Positions 42,828 to 54,069 of a stretch of DNA of 64,000 nt are shown piece after piece (the first letter of the stretch is position 1; each line of letters begins with the position of its first letter). This DNA is from Kofleriaceae bacterium (GTDB lineage: Bacteria > Myxococcota_A > Polyangia > Haliangiales > Haliangiaceae), in contig CBDCCZ010000003.1 of the NCBI GenBank assembly GCA_965215005.1, positions 128,001 through 192,000 of the forward strand. Reading direction: 5' to 3'. The notes beneath the pieces are model-generated. The model was not told the DNA's origin and ran no database searches. It worked only from the letters and a program-made list of their open reading frames with translations. A program made the position numbers and the translations under genes.

Positions 42828-45364
42828 TGGAGACCGGGCCACGCACACACCGACACCTCCGGGTGGTTGCCGCGGCGGCAGCAACCCTTCTCCTTCTTGC
42901 AGCCACGCCGGCACTCGCGCAGCGTGCCGAGCTGCAGGTCGACCAAGAAGCCTATGCGGGCCTGCCGTTCAACGTGGTGGTCGGCGCAGTTGGCTTTGAG
43001 CCGAGCCCGGAGCCGCCGCCGCCCGAGCTCGACATCGCTGGCGCCACCGTCACCTATCTGGGCGTCTCTCCCAACATCCAGAGCTTCACCAGCAACATCA
43101 ACGGCCGCATCACGCGGCAACAGAACGTGACGTTCGTCTATCGCTATCGCGTGCAGGCGAGCACGCCGGGCCGCTACGAAATCCCACCGGTGCTAGTCGA
43201 GCAGAATGGCGCCAAGGCAGTCACTCGCGGTGCAACGGTCGTGGTGCGCGACATTGCCGCGACCGACGAGATGAAGATCGCCCTCGAGCTTCCCGAGCGA
43301 CCGGTTTGGATCGGCGAGACCTTCACCGCGCACCTCGACTGGTTTCTCCGCCGCGACGTCGAGGACCAACACCTCGCCGTGCCGCTCTTCGCGATGGAAG
43401 ATGCCTTTCACGTTCAGGCGCCGCCGAGCACGGATCGCCAAGTGCTGCTCTTCGAGGCTGGCGCTCGTGAGCTCGAGCTGCCATTCGAGAAGAGCGCCGT
43501 CACCATCGAGGGCCAGAGCTATACGCGCTTCCGCTTTCGAGCCGAGGTCACGCCCACGCGCGCCGGAAGCATTGACGTGCCCCCGGCGGTAGCGGTGGCG
43601 CAGCTGCGGGTCGGCGTCGGTCGCGACCGCTTTGGCTTTCGGGTACCGCAAACGCGCCTGTTTAAGGCAACGGGACAAGCGCAGCGACTCGAGGTCAAGC
43701 CGCTGCCACTGCAAAACCGTCCCAAGAGCTTTGCAGGCGCCGTAGGCACCGCATTCTCGATTTCGGCGCAGGCCGACCGCACGGTGGTCGCGGTGGGCGA
43801 GCCTATCTCGCTCGAGCTCTTGGTGCGTGGCGATGCGCCGATGGAGGGACTGAGCTTGCCCGACCTCGACGAGGGCGGCGGTCTCGATCCCGCCAAGTTT
43901 CAAGTTGCCGACGAAGCGATCACCGGAGAGCTCGCACCGGAGCAAAACGGCAAGCGATTCCAAGTGACCATTCGGCTGCAAGACGCCGACGTCCGCGAGA
44001 TTCCGCCGATCGAGCTGTCGTACTTCGACCCCACCGCGGCCGCGTATCGCACCGCCAAGAGTGAGCCGATCGCCCTGTCGGTGAAGGGCTCGGCCGTGGT
44101 CGGCGCAAGCCAAGTCGAGAGCACCAGCACCGAGCGCGCTGCCGCGCCAACGGCTCCCGCCAGTCTGGTCGACGCCGAGCTGTCGCTGTCGCCCTCGGCG
44201 CGCACCCTCGCCGGGGTTTGGACGATGCGCCAAGCGTGGCCTATCGCGGCGATGCTCTACGTGCTTGGCATGCTGGTGCTGGCCCTGCGGCTTTGGCAAG
44301 TGCGAACGCGCGAGACTCGCGACGAGAAGAGCGAGCTTCGGCAAGCGCGCCGGCGGGTTCTGCAGCGGATCGCCGAGGCTCGGTCGCAGCCGGCCCGGCA
44401 GGCCGCGGGTCCACTTGCCGCTGCCCTCGCGCAGCTGGCTCGGCTGGAGGGTAAGAGTCCTGCAGCGCTGCTCGCGCGCATCGAGACTGCCGGCTACTCG
44501 CCCACCGCTGCCGACGAGCCGCTTGCGCCCGAGCTGCTCGACGAAGCGGCGGCGTTCAGCAAGCGCCGCGCGAGCAACACGCCCGTAGGCACCATCGCCG
44601 TGGTGTTGGTAGTGGCGCTCGGGGCCGCCAGTGGCTCGGCGCGAGCAAATACTCTCGAAAGCGCGCGTTCGACCTACGAGAACGCATTGACGACACCCGA
44701 GCGCGGAGCGCGCACGAGTGCGTTTGCCGCCGCAGAAGCGCAGTTTGCCGAGCTGGTAGCCGCACACCCCCACAGCCCGGAGCTGCTCGTCGACTGGGGC
44801 AACGCCGCCCTTGGCGCCGGCGATTTGGGCACCGCCACGCTCGCGTATCGGCGCGCGCTCGCCCTCCAGCCGACCAATGCGCGGGCCCAACAAAACCTGC
44901 GCTGGTTGCGCAGTCGCAGCGCCTCGTGGCTGCCAACCACTCCGACGAGCGGCGCGATCGAGTCGCTATTCTTCTGGCACGACCTGCTCAGCACCGCACA
45001 AAAGCATCTATTGGCGGCAATCGCCTTCGTTCTAGGCGCGGTGCTGTTGGCGCCGTGGGGTCCGCCGCGCCAGCGACGGGTATGGCGTGGGTTGGCTGTG
45101 ATACCGGCGCTAGTGTGGCTCGGGCTGCTGGGTTCTGCGCTGCTCGAGCACGACCTCACCGCCGATGCGGTGGTCACGCGCGATGACGTGGTGCTGCGTG
45201 CGGCCGACAGTGAAGGTGCACCAGCCGCGATCCAGACGCCGTTGCCGGCAGGAGCAGAGGTCTCGGTGCGAGAGCACCGCGGCAGCTGGAAACGCGTCGC
45301 ATTGGCCAATGGCGCGGCCGGTTGGGTGCCGGCGGCCGCGGTCACCAGTGTCGCGACGCGATGA
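42827..45364 (+). CDS. BatD-like protein fused to BatE-like TPR/SH3 region
   Basis: BatD-type beta domains (FAGAVG, YFDP...Y), then GNAAL..GDLGTATLAYRRAL TPR and an SH3-like ending W..V.LANG..GWVP. Confidence 0.85.
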   Translation: METGPRTHRHLRVVAAAAATLLLLAATPALAQRAELQVDQEAYAGLPFNVVVGAVGFEPSPEPPPPELDIAGATVTYLGVSPNIQSFTSNINGRITRQQNVTFVYRYRVQASTPGRYEIPPVLVEQNGAKAVTRGATVVVRDIAATDEMKIALELPERPVWIGETFTAHLDWFLRRDVEDQHLAVPLFAMEDAFHVQAPPSTDRQVLLFEAGARELELPFEKSAVTIEGQSYTRFRFRAEVTPTRAGSIDVPPAVAVAQLRVGVGRDRFGFRVPQTRLFKATGQAQRLEVKPLPLQNRPKSFAGAVGTAFSISAQADRTVVAVGEPISLELLVRGDAPMEGLSLPDLDEGGGLDPAKFQVADEAITGELAPEQNGKRFQVTIRLQDADVREIPPIELSYFDPTAAAYRTAKSEPIALSVKGSAVVGASQVESTSTERAAAPTAPASLVDAELSLSPSARTLAGVWTMRQAWPIAAMLYVLGMLVLALRLWQVRTRETRDEKSELRQARRRVLQRIAEARSQPARQAAGPLAAALAQLARLEGKSPAALLARIETAGYSPTAADEPLAPELLDEAAAFSKRRASNTPVGTIAVVLVVALGAASGSARANTLESARSTYENALTTPERGARTSAFAAAEAQFAELVAAHPHSPELLVDWGNAALGAGDLGTATLAYRRALALQPTNARAQQNLRWLRSRSASWLPTTPTSGAIESLFFWHDLLSTAQKHLLAAIAFVLGAVLLAPWGPPRQRRVWRGLAVIPALVWLGLLGSALLEHDLTADAVVTRDDVVLRAADSEGAPAAIQTPLPAGAEVSVREHRGSWKRVALANGAAGWVPAAAVTSVATR

Positions 45365-45392
45365 GGTCACGACACTGGCTTCTCGTGCTCCG

Positions 45393-46676
45393 CTAGCTCG
45401 ATATTCCAGGCAAGGCTCCGCCGTCGGCAGCAAACTCGCCGAATCGGTCGATCTCCGCCAGGCCCATCGCTTGGGCGATAGCGGCGAGCAGCCGGGTGTG
45501 CTGCTGCACCGTGGGCAGCTTGAGATAGCGGCCCGTACGGATCGAGGAACCGCCGCCGGCGAGAAGGAACGGCGTTGGCTCGTTGGCGTGGTCGCCGGTA
45601 GCCATCTCGGTGCTCATCACCACCAAGGTCTCATCGAGAAGTGACTGACCAGGCGAAGCTTCTGTGGTTGCGAGCAGCTGGAGGAAGCGCGCCAACTCGC
45701 CCATGAAGAAACGATTGATCTCGGCCGCTTCGGCGGAGCTGCCGTCGTGCTGGGCACTGTGTACAGTGCGCTGGGTCTGCAGCCCCGGGACGATGGTTTG
45801 GCTATCGGTGTTCGACAGTTGCAACGTAGCAACTCGGGTGAAATCGCACTGCAGCGCGGCCACCAAGAGCTCCGTCTGCAGCCGGATCACCGCGGGAAAG
45901 TTGGCGTCGAGCATCGCCGTTTCGGCAGTGTAGCTCGGCGCCTGTGCATTCGCCCCGCACTGCCCGCCGAGCGCATCGAGGCTGCGCTCGATGGATCTCA
46001 CCCCGTCGAGATGCTTTTCCACCTTGAAGCGATCCTCGGTATCGAGCGCGCCGTTCACGCGTTGCAGCTCGCCGGTGACGAAGTCGAGCACGCTGCGACG
46101 CTCGCGGCGCACTCGTTCCAACGCTGCAGCGTCTCCAAAGCTTTCGAATAGAAGCTTATAGATCGCATTGGGGTCATCTTGCGCCGGGACCGGTTGGTTG
46201 GGTCCTGCGTAGTGGACATATGGGTTACTGATGAAGGATGAGCGATTGGTCTGCACGCCGAAGTGCAGCGAGGCATATGGAGTGTCCTTGCCGAGCCGCT
46301 GCGCGACGACCTGGTCGATGGATGGATGCGTCGCCAGCTCTTGCAGGCCACCCTTGGGAGTTGCACCGGTCCAAAGGCCTACAGTGCCCTCGGAGTGCGC
46401 AAGCAAGAGGTTGCTAGTGCTGCCGCGCAATCCGTCGACGATGAGCATGCGATCGCGCAGCGGCGCAAACGGGGCCAGCGCCTCAGACATCTGAAAGTCG
46501 CGCTCGCCGCCGATTGGTTGCCAGCCGGGCTCGAGGCCTACCGGCCAGGTCACGACGACCAGACGCTTGGGACGGGCGAGCGACTGCGCCGCGGCGCGGC
46601 GCAAAAGACCGGTTGCAGGAGTAAGAAGAGCAGCGGCGCCCAAGCCGCCAAGAAAGCCTCGTCGAGAGATGCTCAT
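45393..46676 (-). CDS. DUF1552 family protein (Tat signal)
   Basis: SRRGFL Tat motif, SIDQVVA, SVLDFV, HLDGVRSIE, ALQCDFTRVATL, SLLDETLV. Confidence 0.9.
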   Translation of the reverse strand: MSISRRGFLGGLGAAALLTPATGLLRRAAAQSLARPKRLVVVTWPVGLEPGWQPIGGERDFQMSEALAPFAPLRDRMLIVDGLRGSTSNLLLAHSEGTVGLWTGATPKGGLQELATHPSIDQVVAQRLGKDTPYASLHFGVQTNRSSFISNPYVHYAGPNQPVPAQDDPNAIYKLLFESFGDAAALERVRRERRSVLDFVTGELQRVNGALDTEDRFKVEKHLDGVRSIERSLDALGGQCGANAQAPSYTAETAMLDANFPAVIRLQTELLVAALQCDFTRVATLQLSNTDSQTIVPGLQTQRTVHSAQHDGSSAEAAEINRFFMGELARFLQLLATTEASPGQSLLDETLVVMSTEMATGDHANEPTPFLLAGGGSSIRTGRYLKLPTVQQHTRLLAAIAQAMGLAEIDRFGEFAADGGALPGISS

Positions 46677-46678
46677 TG

Positions 46679-48274
46679 TCAGTTACCTTTCGCCTGTGCA
46701 CGAAACATCGGGCTTTGCACGATGGCCAGGATGAGCTCGCGGACGTTCATGCCGCTGGCTAGATAGTCGGACTGAAGTGTGGCCACTGCCTCGGCATCGC
46801 GCGCGGTATCGCGGCGATGCAGCGCAAATCGCAGCCATTGACGCACCATGCAGCTCGCCACGGTTTCTGAGTGAGCAAAGCGGCGACCGAGCTCGGCGGC
46901 GCCTTGCACCTCGCCATCCACCGCTGGATCGCCAATGGCGATCACGCCGGTATCGTCGATGGGCTGGAAGCCTTCGGTGTCGCGGTAGACGCCAAGGGGA
47001 TCGAATCGCTCGAAGGAAAATCCAAGCGGGTCGATGATGCGATGGCACGAGGCGCATGCAGGCGCAGCGACATGCTCGGCGAACCGCTCACGCGTGGTCT
47101 GCAGCGGGTTGGGGTCCGGCAGCGGCGGAATTTCCAGCCCCTCGGGCAGCACCATCTCGTGGCAAAGAATGTTATCGAGCACGAAGACGCCCCGCTTCAC
47201 CGGCGAGGTGTGGTCGGTGTGCGAGGTTGCCGCCAATACGCTAGCGTGAGTGAGCACGCCCGCACGCTCGGGCCCGAGCTTGGTGGGACCGTCCTCGGCT
47301 TGGCTGAGACCGTAAATGGGTAGCAGCGGTTCGCTGGGGAACGAGAAATCGGCCGCAAACAGGGTCGACTGCAGGCCATCGCCCTGCCGTACGACGTAAT
47401 CGAAGAACTGCGCCGTCTCGCGCTGCATCGCCACGGGAAGCTCTGGCGTGAAGCTCGGAAAGATGTCGCTTGGACGGGTGATAAACTCGAGCTGCTCGAG
47501 GTTGAGCCATGCAAGGGCGAAACGTTCCATGGACGCACTGGCCTGCGGATCCGCCAGCAGCCGCTCCGCCTCCGCCAAGAGGCCCGCGTCGCTAGCCAGG
47601 GTGCCGGCTTCGGCGGCATCTAGAAGCGCGTCGTCTGGGGTTCTATCCCAGAGAAAAAACGCCAGACGAGCGGCCAGCTCGTAGCCGTCGAGCAGTCTGG
47701 CTGGAGCTTGAGGGGCAGGTTCAACCAGATACAAGAACTGAGGCGACTGCAAGACGGCGCTGATCACCAAACGAAGACCTACGGCGAAGCTCTCTTGAGT
47801 CGCATGGAGCTCCATGAGCGCCTGCGTTTGCGCGTCGGTGAGCGGGCGACGAAACGCGCGGCGACCGAACGATGTAATGAAGTCACGCGCACAAGCGGCG
47901 GCATCCACATTGGGATCACAGCTGAGAATCAGCGGCAGATGCTCCGGCGCAACCGCCGCCGAAGCAGCCTCTTCCGCCAGATTCATGAAGATGCGCACGT
48001 GCGCATCCGAAGGGGCAGCGGCGCTGTTTGCGGCAAACGGGCCCGCGCGATCATCGGCCGGCAGGCTGCCAGCAGTGAAGGAGGGCAGCGCGAGCAGATA
48101 ACTCACGCTCCGCTCGTATTGGCTGCGCGTGAGCCGGCGAAGCGGAGTGCGATCGCTTACCGCTTGCTCCATTTCGCCGGAGCCCCCGCTAGGGCCATCG
48201 ATGACACCGGTACACCCGATGAGGAACACCGCGGCTACCGCGGCACAGCTCGACCATTGTAACGTTACCTTCAT
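46679..48274 (-). CDS. DUF1592/DUF1588/DUF1585 multi-domain lipoprotein
   Basis: LRRLT..QY, RAFRRPL, LQSPQFLY, YELAARLAFFLW..PD, TSPVKRG, CASCH..IDPLGF. Confidence 0.92.
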   Translation of the reverse strand: MKVTLQWSSCAAVAAVFLIGCTGVIDGPSGGSGEMEQAVSDRTPLRRLTRSQYERSVSYLLALPSFTAGSLPADDRAGPFAANSAAAPSDAHVRIFMNLAEEAASAAVAPEHLPLILSCDPNVDAAACARDFITSFGRRAFRRPLTDAQTQALMELHATQESFAVGLRLVISAVLQSPQFLYLVEPAPQAPARLLDGYELAARLAFFLWDRTPDDALLDAAEAGTLASDAGLLAEAERLLADPQASASMERFALAWLNLEQLEFITRPSDIFPSFTPELPVAMQRETAQFFDYVVRQGDGLQSTLFAADFSFPSEPLLPIYGLSQAEDGPTKLGPERAGVLTHASVLAATSHTDHTSPVKRGVFVLDNILCHEMVLPEGLEIPPLPDPNPLQTTRERFAEHVAAPACASCHRIIDPLGFSFERFDPLGVYRDTEGFQPIDDTGVIAIGDPAVDGEVQGAAELGRRFAHSETVASCMVRQWLRFALHRRDTARDAEAVATLQSDYLASGMNVRELILAIVQSPMFRAQAKGN

Positions 48275-48756
48275 GTGCGTTTACTCCGCATCGAGCGCGA
48301 TGAAGTCGACGCTCGATGTACAGCCGTACCTTTCCAACAAATCAGAGACAGCAAGGTCCATGGGTTCCCATTCAGCACAGCGCGGACCATGCGCTTGCTC
48401 AGTCGCCTACTTGCGTCTTGTCGGGCACTTGCGGCATCTGCGGCCTTTTCAGTGGCGCGATCCACTACGCAGCGGTGTCGCTGACAGCACAACGATTGTG
48501 GAGATCTCCAACAACACGCTCGTGCACGGCTCTCGCTTCGCAAGGTTCGATGCACCCGCGAAGCACTTGCTCAATGCACTCCGCGAAGCGTCCCTTCGAT
48601 GCACTCTTAGCGGCTACACGATTGGATAGCGACCTACATCCAAGACGATGAGCCCGGTGGGACCGCGGTCACTACTTGCGCGGGAACAGCTGTCCCCAGC
48701 GCAGGCAACTGCACGTGATTTCAGGCAGCTAGCGGCGGGATCCCGCGCTGCTGCAG

Positions 48757-48772
48757 CGGCATACCGCTTGCT
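48757..48772 (+). promoter_or_regulatory. Putative sigma54 promoter
   Basis: CGGCATACCGCTTGCT (GG-N10-GC) 13 bp upstream of the ATG at 48786. Confidence 0.55.
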
Positions 48773-48785
48773 GTCTTCCCTTTGC

Positions 48786-49949
48786 ATGCGTCTGGCTCGC
48801 TTGATCCTCTTCTCAGCAATCTTTGTCGGCTTCGCCTGCGGTGATGATGGTGCACGCCTCGGCGGTGCTGGTCCCTGCGACGTCGAGCCACCGGCCCCGG
48901 AATGCGCGACGAGCTGTACCAGAGATGCCGACTGCGGAAGCGACTTCTTCTGCGACTTAGCGGGTGGTCTCTGCAACGCAGAGTGTGTCGTTGGCGAGGA
49001 TAGTTGTGGTGAAGGGCGCAGCTGTAGCGGTGGCCACTGCATCGACGGAACCGACGATTCTACCAATGGGTGCCCAAGCGTGTCGGTGCGACTCACTGCG
49101 CAAGTGCCAACGGTCATGCTCGTCATTGATCAATCGGGAAGTATGGTGGACCCGTTTGGACCCGTGTCGCGTTGGGAGGCCGTGCATGATGCATTAGTCG
49201 GCCCAGCCGGTGCGGTGACCGCATTGGCCGAGCGGGTAATCTTTGGCGCTGCGCTCTATACCAGCAACGGCGGGAATGCTGGCGGCACTTGTCCCATGCT
49301 GCAAGAAACGCCTCCTCGCGCAGACAATCTCGGCGCGATAAAAATGCTTTTGGAGACCAACGGCCCCGCTGGCGACACGCCCACTGCTGAATCCATCGAT
49401 GCAGTCGTGGGCGGATTTCCGAGAGTAGATGTCGATCGCCCCGGACCGCGCGTCATCGTGCTCGCAACCGACGGCTCCCCCGACAACTGCACCGACCCCG
49501 ACGCCCACAACCAAGCATCGCGGGATCTATCGGAGGCTGCGGTCGCACGGGCCTATGAGGCCGGCATCTCGACGTATGTCCTCAGCGTCGGCACCGGTGT
49601 GCTTAAGGAGCACCTCGATCGAATCGCTGACATTGGTGTGGGAGCTGCCCCTGGCTCCGGTACCGGTGAGGCCAAGGTGGCCACCAACCCCGCCGCATTG
49701 GTTGCTGCGTTCGACCAGCTCATTCGCGGTGCCCGCGGCTGTCGCTTCAACCTCGACGGCAGCGTCAATGCCAATCGCGCCAACGACGGCACCGTCACGC
49801 TCGATGGGACAGAGCTGGAATATCAGACCGACTGGATTCTCGTGGATGATTCGACGCTCGAGCTACAGGGCGCGGCATGCGAAGCCGTCAAACAGCGCGA
49901 TGACGCCGTGCTCGACGCAGAGTTCCCCTGCGGCGTGGTGGTCCTCTGA
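48786..49949 (+). CDS. VWA-domain lipoprotein with Cys-rich N-terminus
   Basis: Lipobox GFAC, DQSGSM MIDAS, GDTPT, LATDGSP. Confidence 0.88.
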   Translation: MRLARLILFSAIFVGFACGDDGARLGGAGPCDVEPPAPECATSCTRDADCGSDFFCDLAGGLCNAECVVGEDSCGEGRSCSGGHCIDGTDDSTNGCPSVSVRLTAQVPTVMLVIDQSGSMVDPFGPVSRWEAVHDALVGPAGAVTALAERVIFGAALYTSNGGNAGGTCPMLQETPPRADNLGAIKMLLETNGPAGDTPTAESIDAVVGGFPRVDVDRPGPRVIVLATDGSPDNCTDPDAHNQASRDLSEAAVARAYEAGISTYVLSVGTGVLKEHLDRIADIGVGAAPGSGTGEAKVATNPAALVAAFDQLIRGARGCRFNLDGSVNANRANDGTVTLDGTELEYQTDWILVDDSTLELQGAACEAVKQRDDAVLDAEFPCGVVVL

Positions 49950-50088
49950 TCCGCGTATCGAGACTACCTTTGCCACACGGCAGGACAACAGCGGCAAACA
50001 CCACCATCGAGACGAGTCGCTAAGACCGCATCGCTTCGTGTTACGTTGAGCTCCTGGCATCACGCTCGATGCCTTCAAAGAGGATTCG

Positions 50089-50588
50089 ATGAAACTGAGC
50101 TCTCTTGTCGCCGCCGGGCTGGCCGCCGCCGCACTGGTTGGTTGCGGTGGCGATCATGAACACGACCACGCAGGCGCGCATGATGGTTGCGGCCTCGAGG
50201 CCAACTGCACTGCCGATCTGCTGCGCTATCGCGACGGCATGGTGGTCTCCGGAGATGTCGGCAATCTCAAGATTCGGATCGTGAGCGCCACTCCAGCGCC
50301 CCGGGCGCCGAAGGGATGAACGTCTGGACGATTGATGTTCTCGATTCCGGTAATGACGTCGTGGCCGACGCCCAGATCACCCGCTTCAACACCTGGTCCG
50401 TTGACTGCGAGCACTACGGCGTTGAAGGCGAAGAAGGGGTTGACGTGAGCGGCATCAGCAACGGCGACGGAACCCACAGCATCGAGTTCTTTTGGGCCCA
50501 CGGCGGCCCCTGGCGTGCCGAGCTCGACGTCACCGCCAATGGCCTCACGGAGACCGTGCACATTGGCTTCTGCCTAGCCGAGGTCTAA
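50089..50588 (+). pseudogene. FixH/YtkA-like lipoprotein split by a 1-bp frameshift near 50298-50301
   Basis: ORF 50089-50319 (lipobox, His-rich) continues in the -1 frame as GAEGMNVWTIDVLD...FCLAEV; adding one C to the CCCC run joins them. Confidence 0.7.
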
Positions 50589-50639
50589 GCCCATCGCCTC
50601 GGCGCTCGGTTCTACGCGGGCCGAGGTACCATCGCGGCC

Positions 50640-53600
50640 GTGGCGAACCGTCCTCCCAGTCCTGGTTCCGAGGAAGGACCTGCCGAGCAGCCCTCGGCAG
50701 ACGGCCCGCTCCTGCGCAGGCCAGCCACCGCCGATGACAACACGCGCACCACGAACGCCGCAGAGCTTGCCGCGCTGCAGTTCGAGACCATCGCCGATGA
50801 CGTCTATGAACGCGCCGAAGAGCTCGCGCGCGGGGGACTTGGACGCATCGTGTTGGCGCGCGATCGCCGCCTCGCGCGCACCGTAGCGATCAAAGAGCTC
50901 ACGGTCGATCATCCCTTCGCGCAGGCGCGCTTTGCCCGTGAGGTGCGCATCACGGCGCGCCTTCAGCATCCCAGCATCGTCCCCGTTCACGAGGCGGGCC
51001 GCTGGCGCGACGGCACTCCGTTTTACGCGATGAAGCACGTGCGTGGGCGCCCGCTCACCGCGGCGATCGAAGCCGCTAATGGCTGCAGCGAACGGCTGGC
51101 GCTCGTGGCGCATGTCATCGACGTTGCCGACGCCATGGCTTATGCCCACGCCGAAGGCATCCTCCATCGCGACCTGAAACCGGCCAACGTGCTCGTGGGA
51201 CCCTTCGGTGAAACCGTCGTCATCGACTGGGGACTCGCCAAGAACCTCCGCGATCCGGATGATCGACCGCCGCCCCTATCGCGCCCCGTCGCCCCTTATG
51301 AGACCAGCGACGGCACGGTCGTTGGAACGCCTGCGTACATGCCGCCCGAGCAGGCGCTCGGTAAGCCGGTTGATCTTCGCGCCGATGTCTATGCGCTAGG
51401 GGCCATCCTTTATCAGGTGCTCGCGGGGCGACGTCCTTATGCGGAAGCCGTCGCCGCCAATGTCGTTGCTAGCGTCACCGCTGGGCCGCCCACAACCGCT
51501 CGCGCAGCTCGCACCAGAGGCACCGCGTGACTTGATCGCTATCGTCGAAAAAGCGATGGCTCGCGACCCCAGCGCCCGTTACGCTGACGCCCAAGAGATG
51601 GCCGCGGAGCTCAGTCGCTACGACGCCGATGGCCTGGTCGGAGCGCACCGTTACACGTCGATGGAGCTCCTGCGGCGCTTTTATCGCCGCAGGCGCGCCG
51701 CGCTGCTCACCGCCGCGGCCGCATTCATGCTTCTAGTGCTCATTGGGACGCTCAGCGTCATCAACATCGCGAGCCAACGCCGCCGCGCCGAAGCCAGCGC
51801 GCGAGCCGAAATTCTGGCTCGACAGAAAGCAGATCGAGCCGCCGCCGCAGAGGCCAGTGCGCGTGCGGAAGCCGAGTCGCGCTTTGATCAACTGGTGGTC
51901 GAACGGGCACGCTCGCTACTGGATAGTGATCCCACGGCCGCGCTGGCTTGGCTCAAAGAGCTCGGGGTCGTCGTCTCGGGTGCAGCATCGATCGCCGCCG
52001 ACGCCCAGCAGCGAGGCGTGGCGCGGTGGGTCTTCGCAGGTCACGGCGGCGAAGTCTGGGACGTGGCGCTCAGCTCCGATGGCGAGCGACTCGCCTCCGG
52101 TGCAAGCGATGGAAACGTCCGGGTGTGGGAGCTCGACAGCGGCCGACTGCGGCTGTTGCGCGGTCATGAGGCGCGGGTTCCGACGGTGGCATTCTCTCCA
52201 AGCGGAGGATTGCTGGCCAGCGGCAGCTATGACGGCACGGTGCGGCTTTGGGATCTGAGCCAGGCGAGCCCGCGCGCGCGGGTGCTGTCCGACCACAAGG
52301 GCGAAATCAAACGAATCGTGTTTTCGCCGGATGGAAACCGTCTCGCCGCCCTCGGTTCCGGCGACATCGCGGTGTGGGACCTCTCCAACGGCCGCGTGGC
52401 CCATCGCAACGCAGGAGGCGCTCGCGAGGCGCTGCTAGCATTCTCGCCGGATGGGAAGCTTCTAGCAAATGGCCCCCACTCCACTGGGATCGAGCTTTGG
52501 GATCAAACGAGCGGCGCCATCACCAAGCTGCGTGGGCCCCGCGACGAAGTCACCGCGCTGGCGTTCTCGAGCGACGGCAAGGCGTTGGTCATCGGCGACG
52601 AAGGCGGCAATGTCTGGATTTCTGGCCTCGACGGTCGCAGCCGGCTAATCGGCACCAGCTCGGCGATGATCCGCGCGGTGGCGTTCGCACCGGATGCAGC
52701 GAGTGTTGCTTCAGGCGATCAAGACGGCGGGGTGTGGATCTGGGATGCAGCCGGCCGAGGCGGCCGCGCTATCGGCGCGCATGAAGAGCGCGTGACTGCG
52801 CTTGCTTACTCCATTGACGACACGCTAATCACGACCAGCTGGGACAAAACCGCGCGCATTTGGTCGCTCTCCGAGGAGACCGTCGAGACCTTGCGCGGTC
52901 ACACCGGTGTGATCGAGGCATTGGCGGTTTCGCCAACGGGCATGGTGGCTACCGGCTCATGGGACAAGACGGTGCGGGTATGGCCTGTACAGGCACCAAC
53001 TCGCCGCGTCCTCCGCGGTCATCGCATTGGCGTCAAGGCCATTGCGGTAGCGCCTAGCGGCCGGCTCTTGGCCTCAGGAGCGCACGACGACACGGTTCGC
53101 GTATGGAATCTTCAAAGCGGGACGAGCCGCGCCTTTACCGGTCACACAGACCATATCTTTCGCGTGCTCTTCTCGCCCGATGGAAGCACCATCGCCAGCT
53201 CCTCCGATGACCGCACGGTGCGCCTCTGGAACCTCACTACAGGACGAGCGCGAGTGCTCGAGGGCCACACCGGCGATGTCGAAGAGCTCGCTTTCTCCCC
53301 CGACGGTCGATATCTCGTATCCGGCGCAGAGGATCAGAGCGCGCGACTTTGGAATCTGGCCAGCGACGAGAGTCGCATCTTGCCCGCCAACGCCGATGTC
53401 TCCGATGTCGCATTCTCGCCAACCGGTGATTCGGTCGCGGTTGCCAGTCTCGATGGCCGCGTTCGCGTTTGGCCGGTCGCAGGCGGCGCACCCGAAGAGC
53501 TCGATGGATCGGATGCCGGCGTCGGAACGCTGGAATTCCTCGACCAAGCAACGCTGCTTTGGGGCGACGCCGCCGGCAGGCTGCATCTGGTGAATCGGCA

Positions 53601-54069
53601 CAGCGGGTCAACGCGCTCGCTCGCCACCGGCTTGCCCAACGTGCGCTCGCTAGCGGTTCATCCAGCAAGCGCACAGGTTGCAGCGATAGGCGCATCCCCC
53701 GACGTGGCCTTCTGCGACCTCGATGCTGGCACCTGCCGCACCTGGGTTGGCCACGAAGGCGAGGTGCTAGCGCTGGCTTTTTCTGCCGATGGTCGCGCGC
53801 TCGCAACCGGGGGCGCCGACGACACCGTGCGGCTTTGGTCGGTGGCTACCGGTGAGCATCGACCGCTCCGAGGTCCCGATGCGCCTATCTTCGACGTCGC
53901 GTTCACGCCCAGTGGCGAAGAAGTGCTCGCAGGGAGCGGCGACGGAACCATCTCGCGGTGGCCGGCCGAGCTTCCACCCAGGCCGAGCATGCTACGCAGC
54001 TGGCTGCAAAAGGCGACCACGATGGAGGTAGCGCCCCTGCGGTCTCAACAGCGCGCGGCCAGCAAGTAG
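50640..54069 (+). pseudogene. Ser/Thr kinase-TM-WD40 repeat protein split by a 1-bp frameshift near 51489-51491
   Basis: Kinase motifs ([16 protein letters not shown]) lie in 50640-51530; the kinase C-lobe [23 protein letters not shown] and about 14 WD40 repeats lie in 51439-54069. May be a sequencing error. Confidence 0.85.

Noticed and set aside
48275..48750. Long intergenic spacer with a CATCGAGCG/CGCTCGATG inverted repeat as an ncRNA or small gene
   Set aside because: One hairpin in a divergent promoter region is not enough, and the short ORFs there look non-coding.
50317..50319. UGA after PKG as a second selenocysteine
   Set aside because: Read-through in the same frame is not protein-like, while the -1 frame continues the domain; no properly spaced SECIS-like stem.
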